The position numbers and the translations under genes were made by a program. DNA of 64,000 bases from NCBI GenBank assembly GCA_030390025.1, contig JASTWF010000333.1, positions 248,001-312,000 on the forward strand, read 5' to 3'. Shown here piece by piece: positions 10,588-23,418 of this stretch. Position 1 is the first letter of the stretch. Each line of letters opens with the position of its first letter. Source of the DNA: Squalus acanthias (Eukaryota). A model generated the notes under the pieces. The model was not told the origin of the DNA, made no database searches, and was given only the letters and a program-made list of their open reading frames with translations.

Positions 10588-12148
10588 CACGGAGGGAAGA
10601 GGAAGATGCAGGAGAGGAAGAAGCAGAAGTGGAGGATGCAGCCCAGACAGTTCCTTTCTGGTCGGAATATCCGGGATGGAATCATTCGCCTGCATTACCA
10701 GTGACCACAACCCCAATTCCCCTTTCAACATTGTCCCACACCTTCCCTTCCCTCTGTTACTGACCAGCACAGCGTCTTCTTGGCCACAATGCTGAAATAA
10801 AAGTCACCACAAAGCAAACTTTTCAATCCAACTTCATGCATCTATCCATTCAATATGACATCAAGAAATCAACTAATCACCCGAATGCATTGCCTTAGTG
10901 ACTGTCTTGTGTGTCCCTTTGCCTATCCTACTGATGTCATGCAGTGTTACCCCAGTGGCTGCAGCATGGCTAGTGGAAGGCTGCTGACTTTCGGTGGGGA
11001 ACACTGCAAATGGCCTTCAGGTCGACCTTGAGGAGCTGGTTGCTGGGAGTGTCAAATCGAGTGATAGTTCTTCTTCTTCTTCTTCTTCTTCTCTCCCTTT
11101 TCTTGGTCAACCACTGGCTGGGCAGGCTGCATTTCTTTGGTGTGTGAAATGAGGAAGGCACTAAGGTGGACTTGTGGTGAGGGGAGGGTGGGAAAGCAAG
11201 AGGTGCATGCAAGAACGAGAATAATGTATGAGGATACCAGCATCTTGTATTCTTTCAACCCCACCACTGGCCAAGGGCTCAGCCTTGTCCCTGCCAAGAA
11301 TGGCCAGCACCATCTCCTCCAAGGGGCTGAGGTGAGGCTAGGAATAGCTGATGTGCCTTGTGATTGATACAGATTGTTGGTAGGTGAATGATTGTGGGGT
11401 GAGGGGTCATGCATTGAAAAATGTGTGAGGCTAGTGGTGCAGTTGGTAGGAGACGGCTTTCGAAGATGCATTCACTGACCCTGACCCCTGGTATAAGGTC
11501 ATAAAGCTTCTTTGGGCACTGGAGCCAGGTGGTGGGGGCGACACTGCTGGCAGTGACGGCCTTGGTGATCTGGTCCCACATCGTTCTTTCTGGCGGACCT
11601 CCTGGTCCCTGTGGGTAGAGGACCTGTTTTGCAGTGTTGACCTCCTGCACAAAGCTGGAGTGCTGTGTGTGAGACCCTGGGTGGCCCTTCCCTGGCTTGC
11701 TGAGCCTTCTGTGATAGTACTGAAGCACTTTTCCCATTTTTTAGGTGTGGAAGGCAATTCAGCTTTAAGAGCTGGAGACTCCCATTTGGGAATTCTTTAT
11801 AATGTTTTTTTTTCCAGAAGGCAGTTGAGCTGTAAGAGCCAAAAACTGCCTATTTTTAAATGATTTTATTTTTTTCATTTTAGGAAGCAGTTCCCCTTTA
11901 AGGGACTGCACAGCTTTCTAAAATGAAAGCCTTGCTTTAAGAGACGCTACGGCCACGCTACATTGAGCCTCCTGCTGAGACTACCACCAGGAGCACCGAC
12001 CTGGCACAGTGAGTTTAGCGCTGGGCTAATGTTAATTACCAAGTAGCACCAATTTACCGGTGCTGCCAGCGCTATAATTTTCGGCGGCCATTACTTGCGG
12101 CCCGCGGTGCCACCGGCAGGTATCCAGCACTCTCGAATTTCTAGGCCC
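10588..12148. mobile_element. Internally deleted Harbinger 2 (transposase 3' end on +, Myb remnants on -)
   Basis: Acidic transposase tail; Myb exon 1 remnant WDQITKAV...TWLQCPKKLYDL|gtcagt; terminal gaatttctaggccc. Confidence 0.75.
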
Positions 12149-12239
12149 TTGATTTCTGACCAATCGTCATTTATAACCTAACGATATGAAAAAATTAAAT
12201 AATTCTGTAATTAAATACTAAACCCAATGCTTCCTGTTT

Positions 12240-12925
12240 TGGTTCCATGGTTGGGATATCGAGGGCCTTGAAAAAGATCAGAGGAGGGCCACTCGATTAT
12301 TATCTAGTTTAAGGGCCTTTAGTTATGAGAACAAGCTTCGAGAATTGGGGCTTTTTAGTTTGGAAAAGCATAGACTTTGAGGGGATATGATTAAGATCTT
12401 TAAAATAATGAAGGGATTCTGTCCACATGGATAGTCTATTTGAGCTAGATAAGCAGGGGAGGATTAGGGAGCATCAGTGTAGATTATAAAAGAATAGAAT
12501 TAGGTTAGGTATTATGAAGTACTTCTTTTTACAGAGAGTTAGCAACTTCTGGTATAGGTTGCTAATACGTGCAGTTAATGTGTATTCACTGCAAGTATTC
12601 AGAAGGAAACTGGATGAGTTCCTGCGAGTAGAAGGCATCTCAAGATATAGCGGAAAGGTGGGTTAATGAGGACAAGCAGTATCAGTCACTGTGGTCTCCT
12701 GGACCTTCCTTGACTGCCCTGGGGGGGGGGGGGGGGGGAGGTCAGAAAGGAATTTTAAACTTTTTTTTCCTAAATTGGCCTAAAGATTTTTTTTTGCCTC
12801 TCTTAATAAAGATATTGTGTGACTGGAGTCGGGGAAGTAATGGTGTCTGTAGATTGCACCATGTCAGGATGGGACAGGCTTGCTGGACCATTTTGTCTTT
12901 TCCTGTACTTTTGCAGATGTTTGTA
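12240..12925 (+). mobile_element. Old CR1 3' fragment
   Basis: LGLFSLEK...LRGDMIKIFKIMKG-like remnants followed by 3' UTR. Confidence 0.75.
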
Positions 12926-13083
12926 TAAAGTCAGCAAGTGTATGCTAGAAATGCCTCCAACAAGTTTCCCTGCACAATCCCGTCCCTCTCTTTGAAGTCT
13001 GGGGCTTGAGTCCTGGTGCATTCCCCAGTTTCAGTTAGTTATTTGGGCCTTGGCTGAATGAAGAGGCTCAACCAAGTAGTAGA

Positions 13084-13380
13084 TTCTCAGAATGCACCGG
13101 CATCTGTATGACATACTGTCGGGCTACAACTCCCACAATGCAGTTTAGTCCTGCTGAGGTGTGCTGAGTCTAATACGGTGCTGGATAAGGAGGATGGGGC
13201 TTACAAACAAATGCTTGGTGATTGGTTAGACTTGCTGTCCATCGTACAAAAAATGTCTGGTTCCTTTTAGATAATTCCCAATGTTCTGATTGGAAAACAA
13301 GGTCAAAAACAGCTGCTTCCGCAGTTTTCCTGGCTTTTGATCCCAAGGTTTATAATATCATTAGAACTTTTCTCGCGGGG
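13084..13380. promoter_or_regulatory. Possible promoter-like motif cluster (ZNF143/SBS-like sites, CCAAT boxes)
   Basis: ttctcagaatgca 13084; ctacaactcccacaatgca 13124-13142; ATTGG/CCAAT at 13221, 13278 and 13289; tctcgcg 13371. Confidence 0.35.
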
Positions 13381-14384
13381 CTTCTGCCTTAAATTTACTT
13401 CCAACTATTCAACACCCCCTACAAATATATCCACTACCTTCTAAAAGTAACATTTTCCTGCAAAGTTTGCACAAAGATAAACTGGATAAAAATCAACATC
13501 ACCTGTGGGATAGAAGGTCTTTCTCACTTAGGGAACGATCTAAAATTCCACTATTCCCCAATGAATATTCTGTAAATATGAATCTGCTAGTGGAACCCAT
13601 GGTTGGCTGCTCAGTCACACACTGATCACATTAACCCTAGTCCCAGAGGTTACTGCAAAATCCAAAGGGATTAGTAGAATAAACAGAGCTAAATTTCACC
13701 AGCCATGTGGGTTACAGCTGCATTATACCTCAAAGATTGCATTGTCTGTTATGCATCTGCTAGAAACAAAATATATGGGGGGAGAAATAATGCAGGCCAC
13801 ATCAATTTTGAAATTGGAACTTTCCAAATTCATTTTCAAAGAATTACACATTATATATCATTCTTTTTAGGTAAATCTTCTCTATAATGGTGTATGCATA
13901 TTGCGCAACATAATTTGCTACCTTGATTCTTAGGTTTCTGTGTAAATAATTGTTAATTATTTTAATTATTCATCACTAATAGGTCATCACACATGTACAA
14001 TTAGAGAGGCCAAACTTAACAGAATATATAATATGCTCCATATAGCATGATTGATAAATATTGGGAAATAAATGAAGAAAATTGTAAATGTTTGAAAAGC
14101 TTGACTTAATTTAAACGTACCAGATTTCTCTCTACTCATTTATATGTTCTCAGCACTTTGTTATTTGGTCAATCTTTAGTTGCATTGGTTATCTATTGAT
14201 TTGTTTGCTTCCCTCTTCTGTTTCTTTATCTGTTCGCTTATTTGTCTCTTTCGGTCTTCCTTTGAGGCTGAAAATCTGCTACTTTTTTAGGACACTAATT
14301 AACACACTCATGTTGAATTCTTATGTGCGCTATAGACCGCTGAGGTTACAAAGCCTTACAATCATGTTCCTCCCACAGATGTCC

Positions 14385-15435
14385 CCCCCTTACCATTCGC
14401 CTTGGAGGAGGGTGGTGTGGTTCATTGTGTCAAAAGCTGCAGAGAGGGGAAGAAAGATGAAGAGGGATAGTACACCACAATTACAGAGAATGTCATTTGT
14501 GACTATGATTAGGGCTTTTTCAGTACTGTGGCCGGCACAGAAAGCTAATTGGAGAGATTCAAATATGGAGTTGCAGGAAAGACAGGTAGATTGGAGATGG
14601 GGTGGTAGTTTGCGAGGACAGAGAGCTCGACAGTGGGTTTTTTCAGAAGGGGGTGATGATGGCGGTTTTGACAGTACTTGAGGAGAAGGAACCATTTACA
14701 ATGTCGGCTAGCATAGGGACTAGGAAGGGAAGTTGGGTGGTCAGTGGATTAGTGGGAATGGGGTCAAGGGAGCAGGAAGTGGGTCTCATGGAAAAGGTGA
14801 GCTTGGAGAGGGCATGAGGGGAATAGAGAAACTAGAGAAAGGCACAGTGAACCTAGGGCTAGGGCAGTGGGGAAACGGGGTGGTTTGGCTTGATGGGAAA
14901 GGGCAAAATGTGGCAGAGGCAGCTGAATGGATGGTCTCAATCTTAGTGACAAAGAAGCCCATAAGCTCCTTGCACTTCTGTGAGGTGACTGTGTAGGGGA
15001 GCGAGTTCTAAGGAGATGGTGTACAGGGGAAATGAGAAGCGTAGGGTTATCTTTGCTTTCTAGGATGATGTTGAAGTAATGAGTGGTTTTGGCAGAAGAG
15101 AGCAAGGCCTGATAGTGCTTGATGTGGTTCAGCTGGGTCTGATGATGGATAGCTAAACAAGTTATGTGCCAGATACGCTCAAATCTGTGCCCCTTGTCTT
15201 GAGAGGGCGAAGATGAGGACCGACTAGGGTGGGAGAGAGTAAGGGTTTTACTGGGGACAAGGGCATCAAAGGAGAGGGAATGTTGAGCATATCGACAGCT
15301 GTAGAAGTATTGTGATGAATGGAGTGCCAAGGACTGAGCAGTTGGGAGTTTGAAAGTGCAGGTGCGGACACAGAATGAAGTGGGATTCAAAGGGATGTCG
15401 GTGGTGAGTGATACAAGGAAATGGTCTACAAACTA
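14385..15435 (-). mobile_element. L2 LINE fragment
   Basis: Reverse complement resembles 18.6-19.8 kb (HSTEKALIIVTNDI, LSAAFDT). Confidence 0.88.
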
Positions 15436-15669
15436 TTGATTTAATATTCATGGAAATGAAACCCAGCCTCCTGTGATCCCTGACAGCTAATTATAATAAT
15501 CTTGGGATGCAACTTGCTCAGTATATAAAATTAATTAAATGGTTTTATTAATATGGGGAGGATTATAATAATAGTTCAGTAAAAATGATTTTTCTTTACT
15601 TTTGCACACAGAATAAAACACATTTACACAGTGACAGCTGCTACTACCCCAGTTTTTTGTGAACTCAAT

Positions 15670-17265
15670 TATTAATTGAGCTAATGTTATATATATAAAA
15701 AGGGAGATAGAACCAATCCAAGAAACTATAGACCAGTTAGCTTAACGTCAGTAGTAGGAAAGATATTGGAATCTTTAATCAAAGATGTAATAGAAAAACA
15801 TCTAGAAACTGAGAATATAACAAAGAATAGTCAGCACAGATTTCAAAAGGGAAGGTCATGCTTGACCAACTTTAATGAATTCTTTGAAGAAGAAATAGAA
15901 AGAGTAGACAAGGGTAATGCAGTAGATGTAATATATATGGACTTTCAAAAGCCCTTCGATAAGGTACCACATGGTAGACCCATGATTAAGGTCATAGCAT
16001 GTGGAGCCGGGGACAAGTAGCAGAATGGCTAGCAAATGGCTACAAAACAGAAAACAGAGAATAAGGGTTAAAAGTAGTTACTCAGACTGGCGGAAGGTGG
16101 GAAGGGGTGTACCACAGGGCTTGGTGCTAGGACCACTGTTGTTCACCATTTACGTACATGATTTGGACTCGGGAATTGGAAGTACTGTATCAAAATTTGC
16201 AGATGAAACCAAAGTGGGGGTATAGTTAATACAGAGGAAGACTGCAACAAAATAGAAGACATTAACAAAGTTGCAGAATGGGTGTGTAAATGGCAAATTA
16301 ATGTCAATATACATAAGTGTGAGGTGATGCATTTTGATAGGAGGAATAGGAGGCCATCTATTCCTTGGAAAATAAGAGTCTAAGGGGATACAGGCACAAA
16401 GCGATCTAGGGGTACAGACTCACAAATCATTACAAGTAGCAATGCAGGCTAACAAAACCCATAAAAATGCAAGCAAAGCACTGGGGTTAATTTCTAGAGG
16501 AAGAGAATTCAAAAGCAGAGAAGTTATGTTGAAGTTATAAAGAACCTTAGTTAGACCGCACTTAGGGGGCGATTTTCCCAACCCTGGGGAGGCGGGTATG
16601 GAGGCGGGCTTAACAAGGTCAATCAAGGGAAAATAGCGTGGGTTGGCCGGACGTCGATGGAGGCGGGACTGAAACCCGACAAGCAGCAGTCCCGCCTCCA
16701 TCACGTCCCCATTGATAAAATCACCCCCTCTGAGTGCCTGTCCATAGTTCTGGTCTCCATGTTACAAAAAGGATATAGAAGCACTGGAGAAAGTGCAAAA
16801 AAGATTTACAAGGATGATACCAGAACTGAAAGGGTACAACTTTCAGGAAAGACTGAACAAGCTGGGGCTCTTTTCTCTAGAAAACAGAAGACTGCAAGGT
16901 GACCTGATAGAGGTCTTTAAAATGATGAAGGGATTCAAACAGGATAGACGTAGAGAAGATGTTTCCACTTGTGGGGGAGTCCAAAACTACGGGCCATAAA
17001 TATAAGAGAGCCATTAAGAAATCCAATAACAAATTCAGGAGAAACTTCTTTACTCAGACAGTGGTGAGAATGTGGAACTTGCTATCACTTGGAGCAATTG
17101 AGGTGAATAGCATAGATGCATTTAAGGGAAAGCTAGATAAGTACATGAGGGACAAAGAACTAGGATTATTGTGATAGAGTGAGATAAAGTGAGGTCGGAG
17201 GAGGCTTGCGTGAAGCATAGACCTGTTGGGCCGAATGGCCTGTCTCTGTGCTGTAAATTCTATAT
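15670..17265 (+). mobile_element. CR1 LINE 3' half, frameshifted
   Basis: GRSCLTNF, GVPQGLVLGP, FADE, LGLFSLE motifs and 3' UTR. Confidence 0.9.
16565..16728 (+). mobile_element. 164-bp mini-MITE related to the 27075-27919 MITE
   Basis: TIRs gggggcgatttt / taaaatcaccccc; first ~40 bp and last ~120 bp match the two ends of the 27-kb MITE; inserted in CR1. Confidence 0.85.
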
Positions 17266-17524
17266 AATTAATACATTGTCCTCAACCACTCTTCCTAGAA
17301 TGTTTCAGGAGACTAAGCTGACTGAATTTCAACAGACAGACACCAATGGGATTCCTGCCCCCACATAATCTTTCTGGACCTGTCTAAGTTGACTGTATCT
17401 CTAATTCTGTATGGCAATGCTTTATGCCACCCCAGATGTACCATTCAAACCTCGTTAAGGTTATTCAACAGGTTATTAATGTTATTAAGGTTATTCAACA
17501 GATTAGTAAGGTTATTAATCATGA

Positions 17525-17885
17525 GCAACATTGTCCTTCCCATTCCCGAAGACTTGAAAAACCCACCAAGAAAGCGCTTAAAATCGCGCCGGCCATTTTG
17601 GGAAACAGCAGCCAATATTCATGCAGCTGGTATCGACCCACTATCCAGATGGATGGAATCATGGGACGCATGCAACATAAAAAACCAACACCTCATCACT
17701 GACCCAACAGCAGAGGTCCCTGGCTTCGACCTCCCACGAAGACAGTGGACAGCGCTCAACCCAATCCGCACAGGGCATGGACACTGCGGCCACCTGTTCC
17801 ACAAGTGGAAGATGAGAGACGGCCAGAAGTACGACTGTGGCCATGAGTCCCAGACCATGGAACACATCACCGCAACCTGCCCACT
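17525..17885 (+). mobile_element. Vingi/ingi-like non-LTR retrotransposon C-terminal fragment
   Basis: RLKSRRPF...PGFDLPRRQWTALN.IRTGHG.CGHLFHKW...DCG..QTMEHI..CP zinc-knuckle-type C terminus. Confidence 0.7.
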
Positions 17886-20800
17886 AAGTTCTGTTGCCCA
17901 CTGGGGGCTAATCTTGCCAATCTCCTCCCCATCCAACTCACCCCTCCCAGCGCTGACCCTGTGGACGCTGGCAGTGGGGTAGCCATCACCTGACCCTCTC
18001 CGCATCTTCCTCCAGAATGTCCGTTCACTTGCGAACAAGGCCCTTGCCATCCATGAGCTTATCGTGGATGATTGCAACGACATCATGGCCCTGGCAGAAA
18101 CTTGGCTGAGGGGTGATGACACCTTATCCTTAAATGAAACCTCCCTGCCTGGCTATACCTTCCACCACTTGCCCCGCTCAGACCACCGTGGTGGCGGTGT
18201 GGCTCTCATCACCAAATTACACCTTGGTCTGTCCCCCTACTCCTCCGGCATTTTCTCCTCCTTTGAGCATCTCACCTTATTCCACCCCTTTCACCTCTCA
18301 TTTAAAATTCTCATTCTCTACCGCCCACCCAAGTACCATAAAAATGCTATTACCGAGATATCTTCACTGCTTTCCTCCCTCAGCCTCTGCACCTGAGCGA
18401 CTTCTCATCCTCGGTGATTTCAACCTCCATCTCAATTCATCATGCTCTCGCTCCTCTGAGTTCATTAGCATCCTATCCTCCCTTAATCTCTCCCTGCATG
18501 TAAACTCCCCAACCCATATTCACAGCCACCCCCTCGACCTCGCCATCTCTCGATGCCTCGCTACTCCCATTGTGTCAATCACAGATAAGGCCATCTCTGA
18601 CCACTTCCTCGTATCGCTCTCCACCCACATCTCCCTTCCCCACCACCCCCCCAACTCTACTTCCTTCTGTGTCCACCCCTGGAAAAAAACTATCTGCCAA
18701 CTCTCTTACAACTGCATTTACGAAATCCCAACTGTCCAGCCTTTTGCCCTCCATTCACCATGATATTTCTGCAGCTACTGATCTGCTCAACCACAGCCTC
18801 ACCACCACCCTTGATGCCCTAGTCCCTATTAAAACAATTACTCTCTCTCACCCTGGCCATTCCCCCTGGTACAGCTCTCATCTTCGCTCACTTAAGTCCA
18901 AGGGACGTAAACTAGAACGGATATGGTGGACAACTGGTTTAGCCATTCACCGCCAGACCTGGCTGGACCATAAAGCATTATCGGGTCCTGCTCTCAACTA
19001 CCATAATTGATCACTATTCCAGAATCATTCTGGAATGTAAAGATAAACCCCAGCTTCTATTCTCCACTGCTAACCGTCTTCTTAAACCCCTCTCCCCCGT
19101 CTCCTCCACCCTCACCTCCGACATTGAGTGTGAGGAGCTCATGGACTTCTTTGCCTCTAAGATTAATACCATCCGTTCAGCTGCCTCTGCCACTTCCCTT
19201 CTTTCCCCTAGCCCACCGGGCCAAACTTCCTCTAAGTTTCCCCCTGCCCTAGCCCTGAACTCACATCTTTCTCCAGTTTCTCTCCGATCTCCCCTCATGA
19301 CTTCTCCGCACTCATCTTGTCCATGAGATCCACTTCCTGCTCCCTTGACCCTATTCCCACTAAGCTGCTGACCACCCAACTTTCTTTTCTGGCTCCCTTA
19401 TTAGCTGACATTGTTAATGGTTGTCTCTCCTCAGGTACTGTCCCCCTCTCCCTCAAAAGTGCCATCATCACGCCTCAAAAAACCAAAGCTTGACCCCTCC
19501 GTCCTTGCATACTACCGCCCCATCTCCAACCTCCCTTTCCTCTCCAAAGTCCTTGTTGCCTCCCAAATCCGTGCCTACCTTTCCCGCAACTCCATGTTTG
19601 AATCCATCCAATCAGGTTTCCGCACCTGCCATAGTACCGAAAAGGCTTGCATCAAAGTCACAAATGACATCCATTGTGACTGTGACAAAGGCAAACTATT
19701 CCTCCTCGTCCTTCTTGACTTGTCTGCAGCCTTTGACACGGTTGACTACTCCATCCTTCTCCAGCGCCTCTCCACCGTCGTCCAGCTGGGTGGTACCGCA
19801 CTCGCCTGGTTCCATTCTTATCTATCTAATCGTAGCCAGAGAATCACCTGCAATGGCTTCTCTTCCTGCTCCCGCATCGTTACCTCTGATGTCCCCCAAG
19901 GATCTATCCTTGGCCCCCTCCTATTTCCCATCTACATGCTGCCTCTTGGCGACATCATCCGAAAACACAGCATCAGTTTCCACATGTACGCTGATGACAC
20001 CCAGCTCTACCTCACCACCTCTTCTCTCAACTCCTCCATGATCTCTAAATTGTCAGACTGCTTGTCTGACATCCAGTTCTGGATAAGCAAAAATTTTCTC
20101 CAATTAAATATTGGGAAGACCGAAGCCATTGTTTTCAGTCCCCGCCACTGACTCCATCCCTCTCCCTAACATTTGTCTGAGGCTGAACCACACGGTTCAC
20201 AACCTTGGTGTCATATTTAACTCTGAAATATGCTTCCGACCACATATCCGCGGCATAACTAAGACCGCCTATTTCCACCTCCGTAACATCGCCCATCTCT
20301 GCCCTTGCCTCAACTCATCTGCTGCTGAAACCCTCATCCATGCCTTTGTTACCTCTAGACCTGACTATTCCAACGCACTCCTGGCTGGCCTCCCACGTTC
20401 TACACAACGTAAATTTGAGGTCATCAAAAACTCGGCTGCCCGTGTCCTAACTCGCATCAAGTCCCATTCGCCCATCACCCCTGTGCTCGCTGACCTACAT
20501 TGGTTTCCGGTTAAGCAAAGCCTCGATTACAAAATTCTCATCCTTGTTTTCAAATCCCTCCATGGCCTTGCCCCTCCCTATCTCTGTAATCTCCTCCAGC
20601 CCCACAACCCCCTGAGATATCTGCTCTCCTCTAATTCTGTCCTCTTGAGCATCCCTCAATCGCTCAACCATTGGTGGCTGTGCCTTCTGTTGCCTAGGCC
20701 CTAAGCTCTGGAATTCCCTGCCTAAGCCTCTCCGCCTCGCTACCTCTCTTTCCTCCTTTAAGACGCTCCTTAACCTCCCTCTTTGACCAAGCTTTTGGTC

Positions 20801-20912
20801 ATCTGCCCTAATTTCTCCGTATATGGCTCAGTGTCAAATTTTTTGTCTTATAATACTCCTTGGGACGTTTTACTACATTAAAGGCACTATATAAATACAA
20901 GTTGTTGTTGTT
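17886..20912 (+). mobile_element. L2 LINE, near-complete ORF2 (APE endonuclease plus RT), frameshifted
   Basis: QNVRSL, ALAETWL, GDFN, SDH; LDLSAAFDTVD, PQGSILGP, YADD; tail ggcactatataaatacaag(ttg)n. Confidence 0.93.
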
Positions 20913-21469
20913 GCGGAAGGCACCTCATTTCTCCACTCAGCATCTCAGGAGGCCATCGAATGGATAGTCAAACTAGACATCCTGTTATAAGCTTTTCCCA
21001 TCATACCAAACAACAATTGAACAGGTAATAGCTATCACCCCGGTGGGTTCACTATATCTCTCCACTCAGCTGTCAACTAAACTCCTGTCAATCTCCTAGG
21101 CCAGAAATGAAATCAGATCATTAAAATAGAGCACTACTTCTCCTGAAGTATAAATCATATATGTGTTGATTTTATGCTCAGTATTTTAATGTTATCTTTT
21201 ATACACTAAATCTATTTAATGATTTTAATCACTTAAATGTTAATTAATGTGACAATAATTATATAAACCTACCTACTGCAACTATAGTCAAATCCACATG
21301 CAGCGTTCTAATATATGCTTGTTTATGACAACGAGATAAATGCAAAGTGTTAACAAGTTCCTGTTCACTCCTTACTCAGTAATTACTGTGCTCCCCTGTG
21401 CTACACAGACATGCAAAGCAGATCCTTCAAATGAGACAAGAAACCAAGGCCTGGTCTGCTTGTTCTAGT

Positions 21470-21593
21470 CGTTCAGCTGGACATTAAAGACCCCCTACAC
21501 TATTCAAAGAAGAGCGCGAGTTCTTCTGGTGTGCTTCCTTTCTCAACCGAACCAAGCAACAAAAAAACAGACAAACTGATCATTCAATTCATT
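21470..21593 (+). mobile_element. Degraded Deu-domain SINE fragment
   Basis: ggacattaaagaccccctacactattcaaagaagagc resembles the Deu-SINE body. Confidence 0.45.
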
Positions 21594-22912
21594 GAAACGA
21601 TAATCCGGGACAAAATTAACAATCACTTGGACAAGTGTGGATTAATTCAAGAAAGCCAGCACGGATTTGTTAAAGGCAAATCGTGTTTAACTAACTTGAT
21701 TGAGTTTTTTGATGAGGTAACAGAGAGGGTTGATGAGGATAATGTGGTTGATGTGGTATACATGGATTTCTAAAAGGTGTTTGAAAAAGTGCCACATAAT
21801 AGGCTTGGCAGCAAGTTGAAGCCCATGGAATAAAAGGGACAGTGGCAGCGTGGATACGAAATTGGCTAAGTGACAGGAAACAGAGAGTAGTGGTGAACGG
21901 TTGTTTTTTGGACTGGAGGAAGTTATGCAGTGGTGTTCCCCAGGGGTCGGTACTGGGACCACTGCTTTTCTTGATATATATTAATGACTTGGACTTGGGT
22001 TTACAGAGCACAATTTCAAAATTTGCAGATGACACAAAACTTGGAAGTATAGTGAACAATGAAGAGGATAGTGATAGACTTCAAGAGGACATAGACAGGC
22101 TGGTAGAATGGGCGGACACGTGCAGATGAAATTTAACGCAGAAAAGTGTGAAGTGATACATTTTGGTAGGAAGAACGAGGAGAAGAAATATAAACTAAAG
22201 GGTACAATTCTAAAGGGGGTGCATGAACAGAGACCTGGGGGTATATGTGCACAAATTGTTGAAGGTGGCAGGGCAGGTTGAGAAAGCAGTTAAAAAAGCT
22301 TCATAAATAGAGGCATAGAGTACAAAAGCAAGGATGTTATGATGAACCTTTATAAAACCTCAACTGGAGTATTGTGTCCAATTCTGGGCACCGCACTTTA
22401 GGAAGGATGTGAAGGCCTTAGAGAGGGTGCAGAAAAGATTGACAAGAATGGTTCCAGGGATGAGGGACTTCAGTTATGTGGATAGACTGGAGAAGCTGGG
22501 GTTGTTCTCCTTAGAGCAGAGAAGGTTGAGAGGAGATTTGATAGAGATGTTCAAAATCATGATGGGTCTAGACAGAGTAGATAGAGAGAAACTGTTCCCA
22601 TTGGCGGAAGGGTTGAGAACCAGAGGACACAGATTTAAGGTGATTGGCAGAAGAACCAAAGACGACATGAGGAATAACTATTTACGCAGCGAGTGGTTAT
22701 GATCTGGAATGCACTGCCTGAGCGGGTGGTGGAGGCAGACTCAATCGTGGCTTTCAAAAGGGAATTGGATAAATACCTGAAGGAAAAAAATTTACAGGGC
22801 TAAGGAGAAAGGGCAGGGGAGTGGGACTAGCTGAAGTGCTCTTGCAGAGAGCTGGAATGGGCTCGACGGGCCGAATGGCCTCTTCTGTGCTGTAACCATT
22901 GTATGATTCTAT
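21594..22912 (+). mobile_element. CR1 3' portion (same subfamily as the 31-kb and 45/50-kb copies)
   Basis: RT motifs; 3' tail ctgtgctgtaaccattgtatgattcta. Confidence 0.93.
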
Positions 22913-23297
22913 TGTTCTTCGTGGGTTGTTACTGGTGATCTTTGGCTACTGCATCTTTGTTATTTAAGTTTGTTTTTATTTTGACTGTTTCTGTTAAGGC
23001 TAAAGTTGCAGTGTTGATCTCATTGTTTTGTTACTTTTCCCAGGATGATTTTATATTGCCAATTTCCCACTGTTCCTGTCTCGGGAGAGCGGCCTTCGTG
23101 TACCCCTCAGTTTTCACTCAGTTGCCAGTCACCCTGGGCTCTGCTGTGCAAATGTAATGTTTAAATTACTAAAGCAAACTTCCTTAACCTGAGCAGTTGG
23201 CCATTTATACTATAGAGTGCAGCAGATGGAGGGATGTATGTACAGCTCCAGTTGGCTGCACTCCTGCAATATGACAGCACCCTGTGTTATATAATAT

Positions 23298-23403
23298 AAA
23301 ATAAAAACAGAAAATGCTGGAAATACTCAGCAGGTCAGGCAGCATCTGTGGAGAGAGAAACAGAGTTAACGTTTCAGGTCGATGACCCTTCGTCAGAACT
23401 GGC
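23298..23403 (-). mobile_element. Short Penelope-associated (retrozyme/SINE-like) element
   Basis: Matches 61168-61274; gttatat flanks both sides. Confidence 0.8.
23364..23400 (-). ncRNA. Putative minimal type I hammerhead ribozyme
   Basis: AGUU-CUGACGA-A-GGGUC auc GACCU-GAAA-CGUU-AACU: conserved core, helix II, 4-bp helix I and palindromic ACGU in place of helix III. Confidence 0.65.
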
Positions 23404-23418
23404 GTTATATGTTATATG

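Noticed and set aside
21594..22912. Segmental duplication with the 31-kb and 45/50-kb regions
   Set aside because: Similarity is limited to CR1 sequence with different 5' truncations and unrelated flanks
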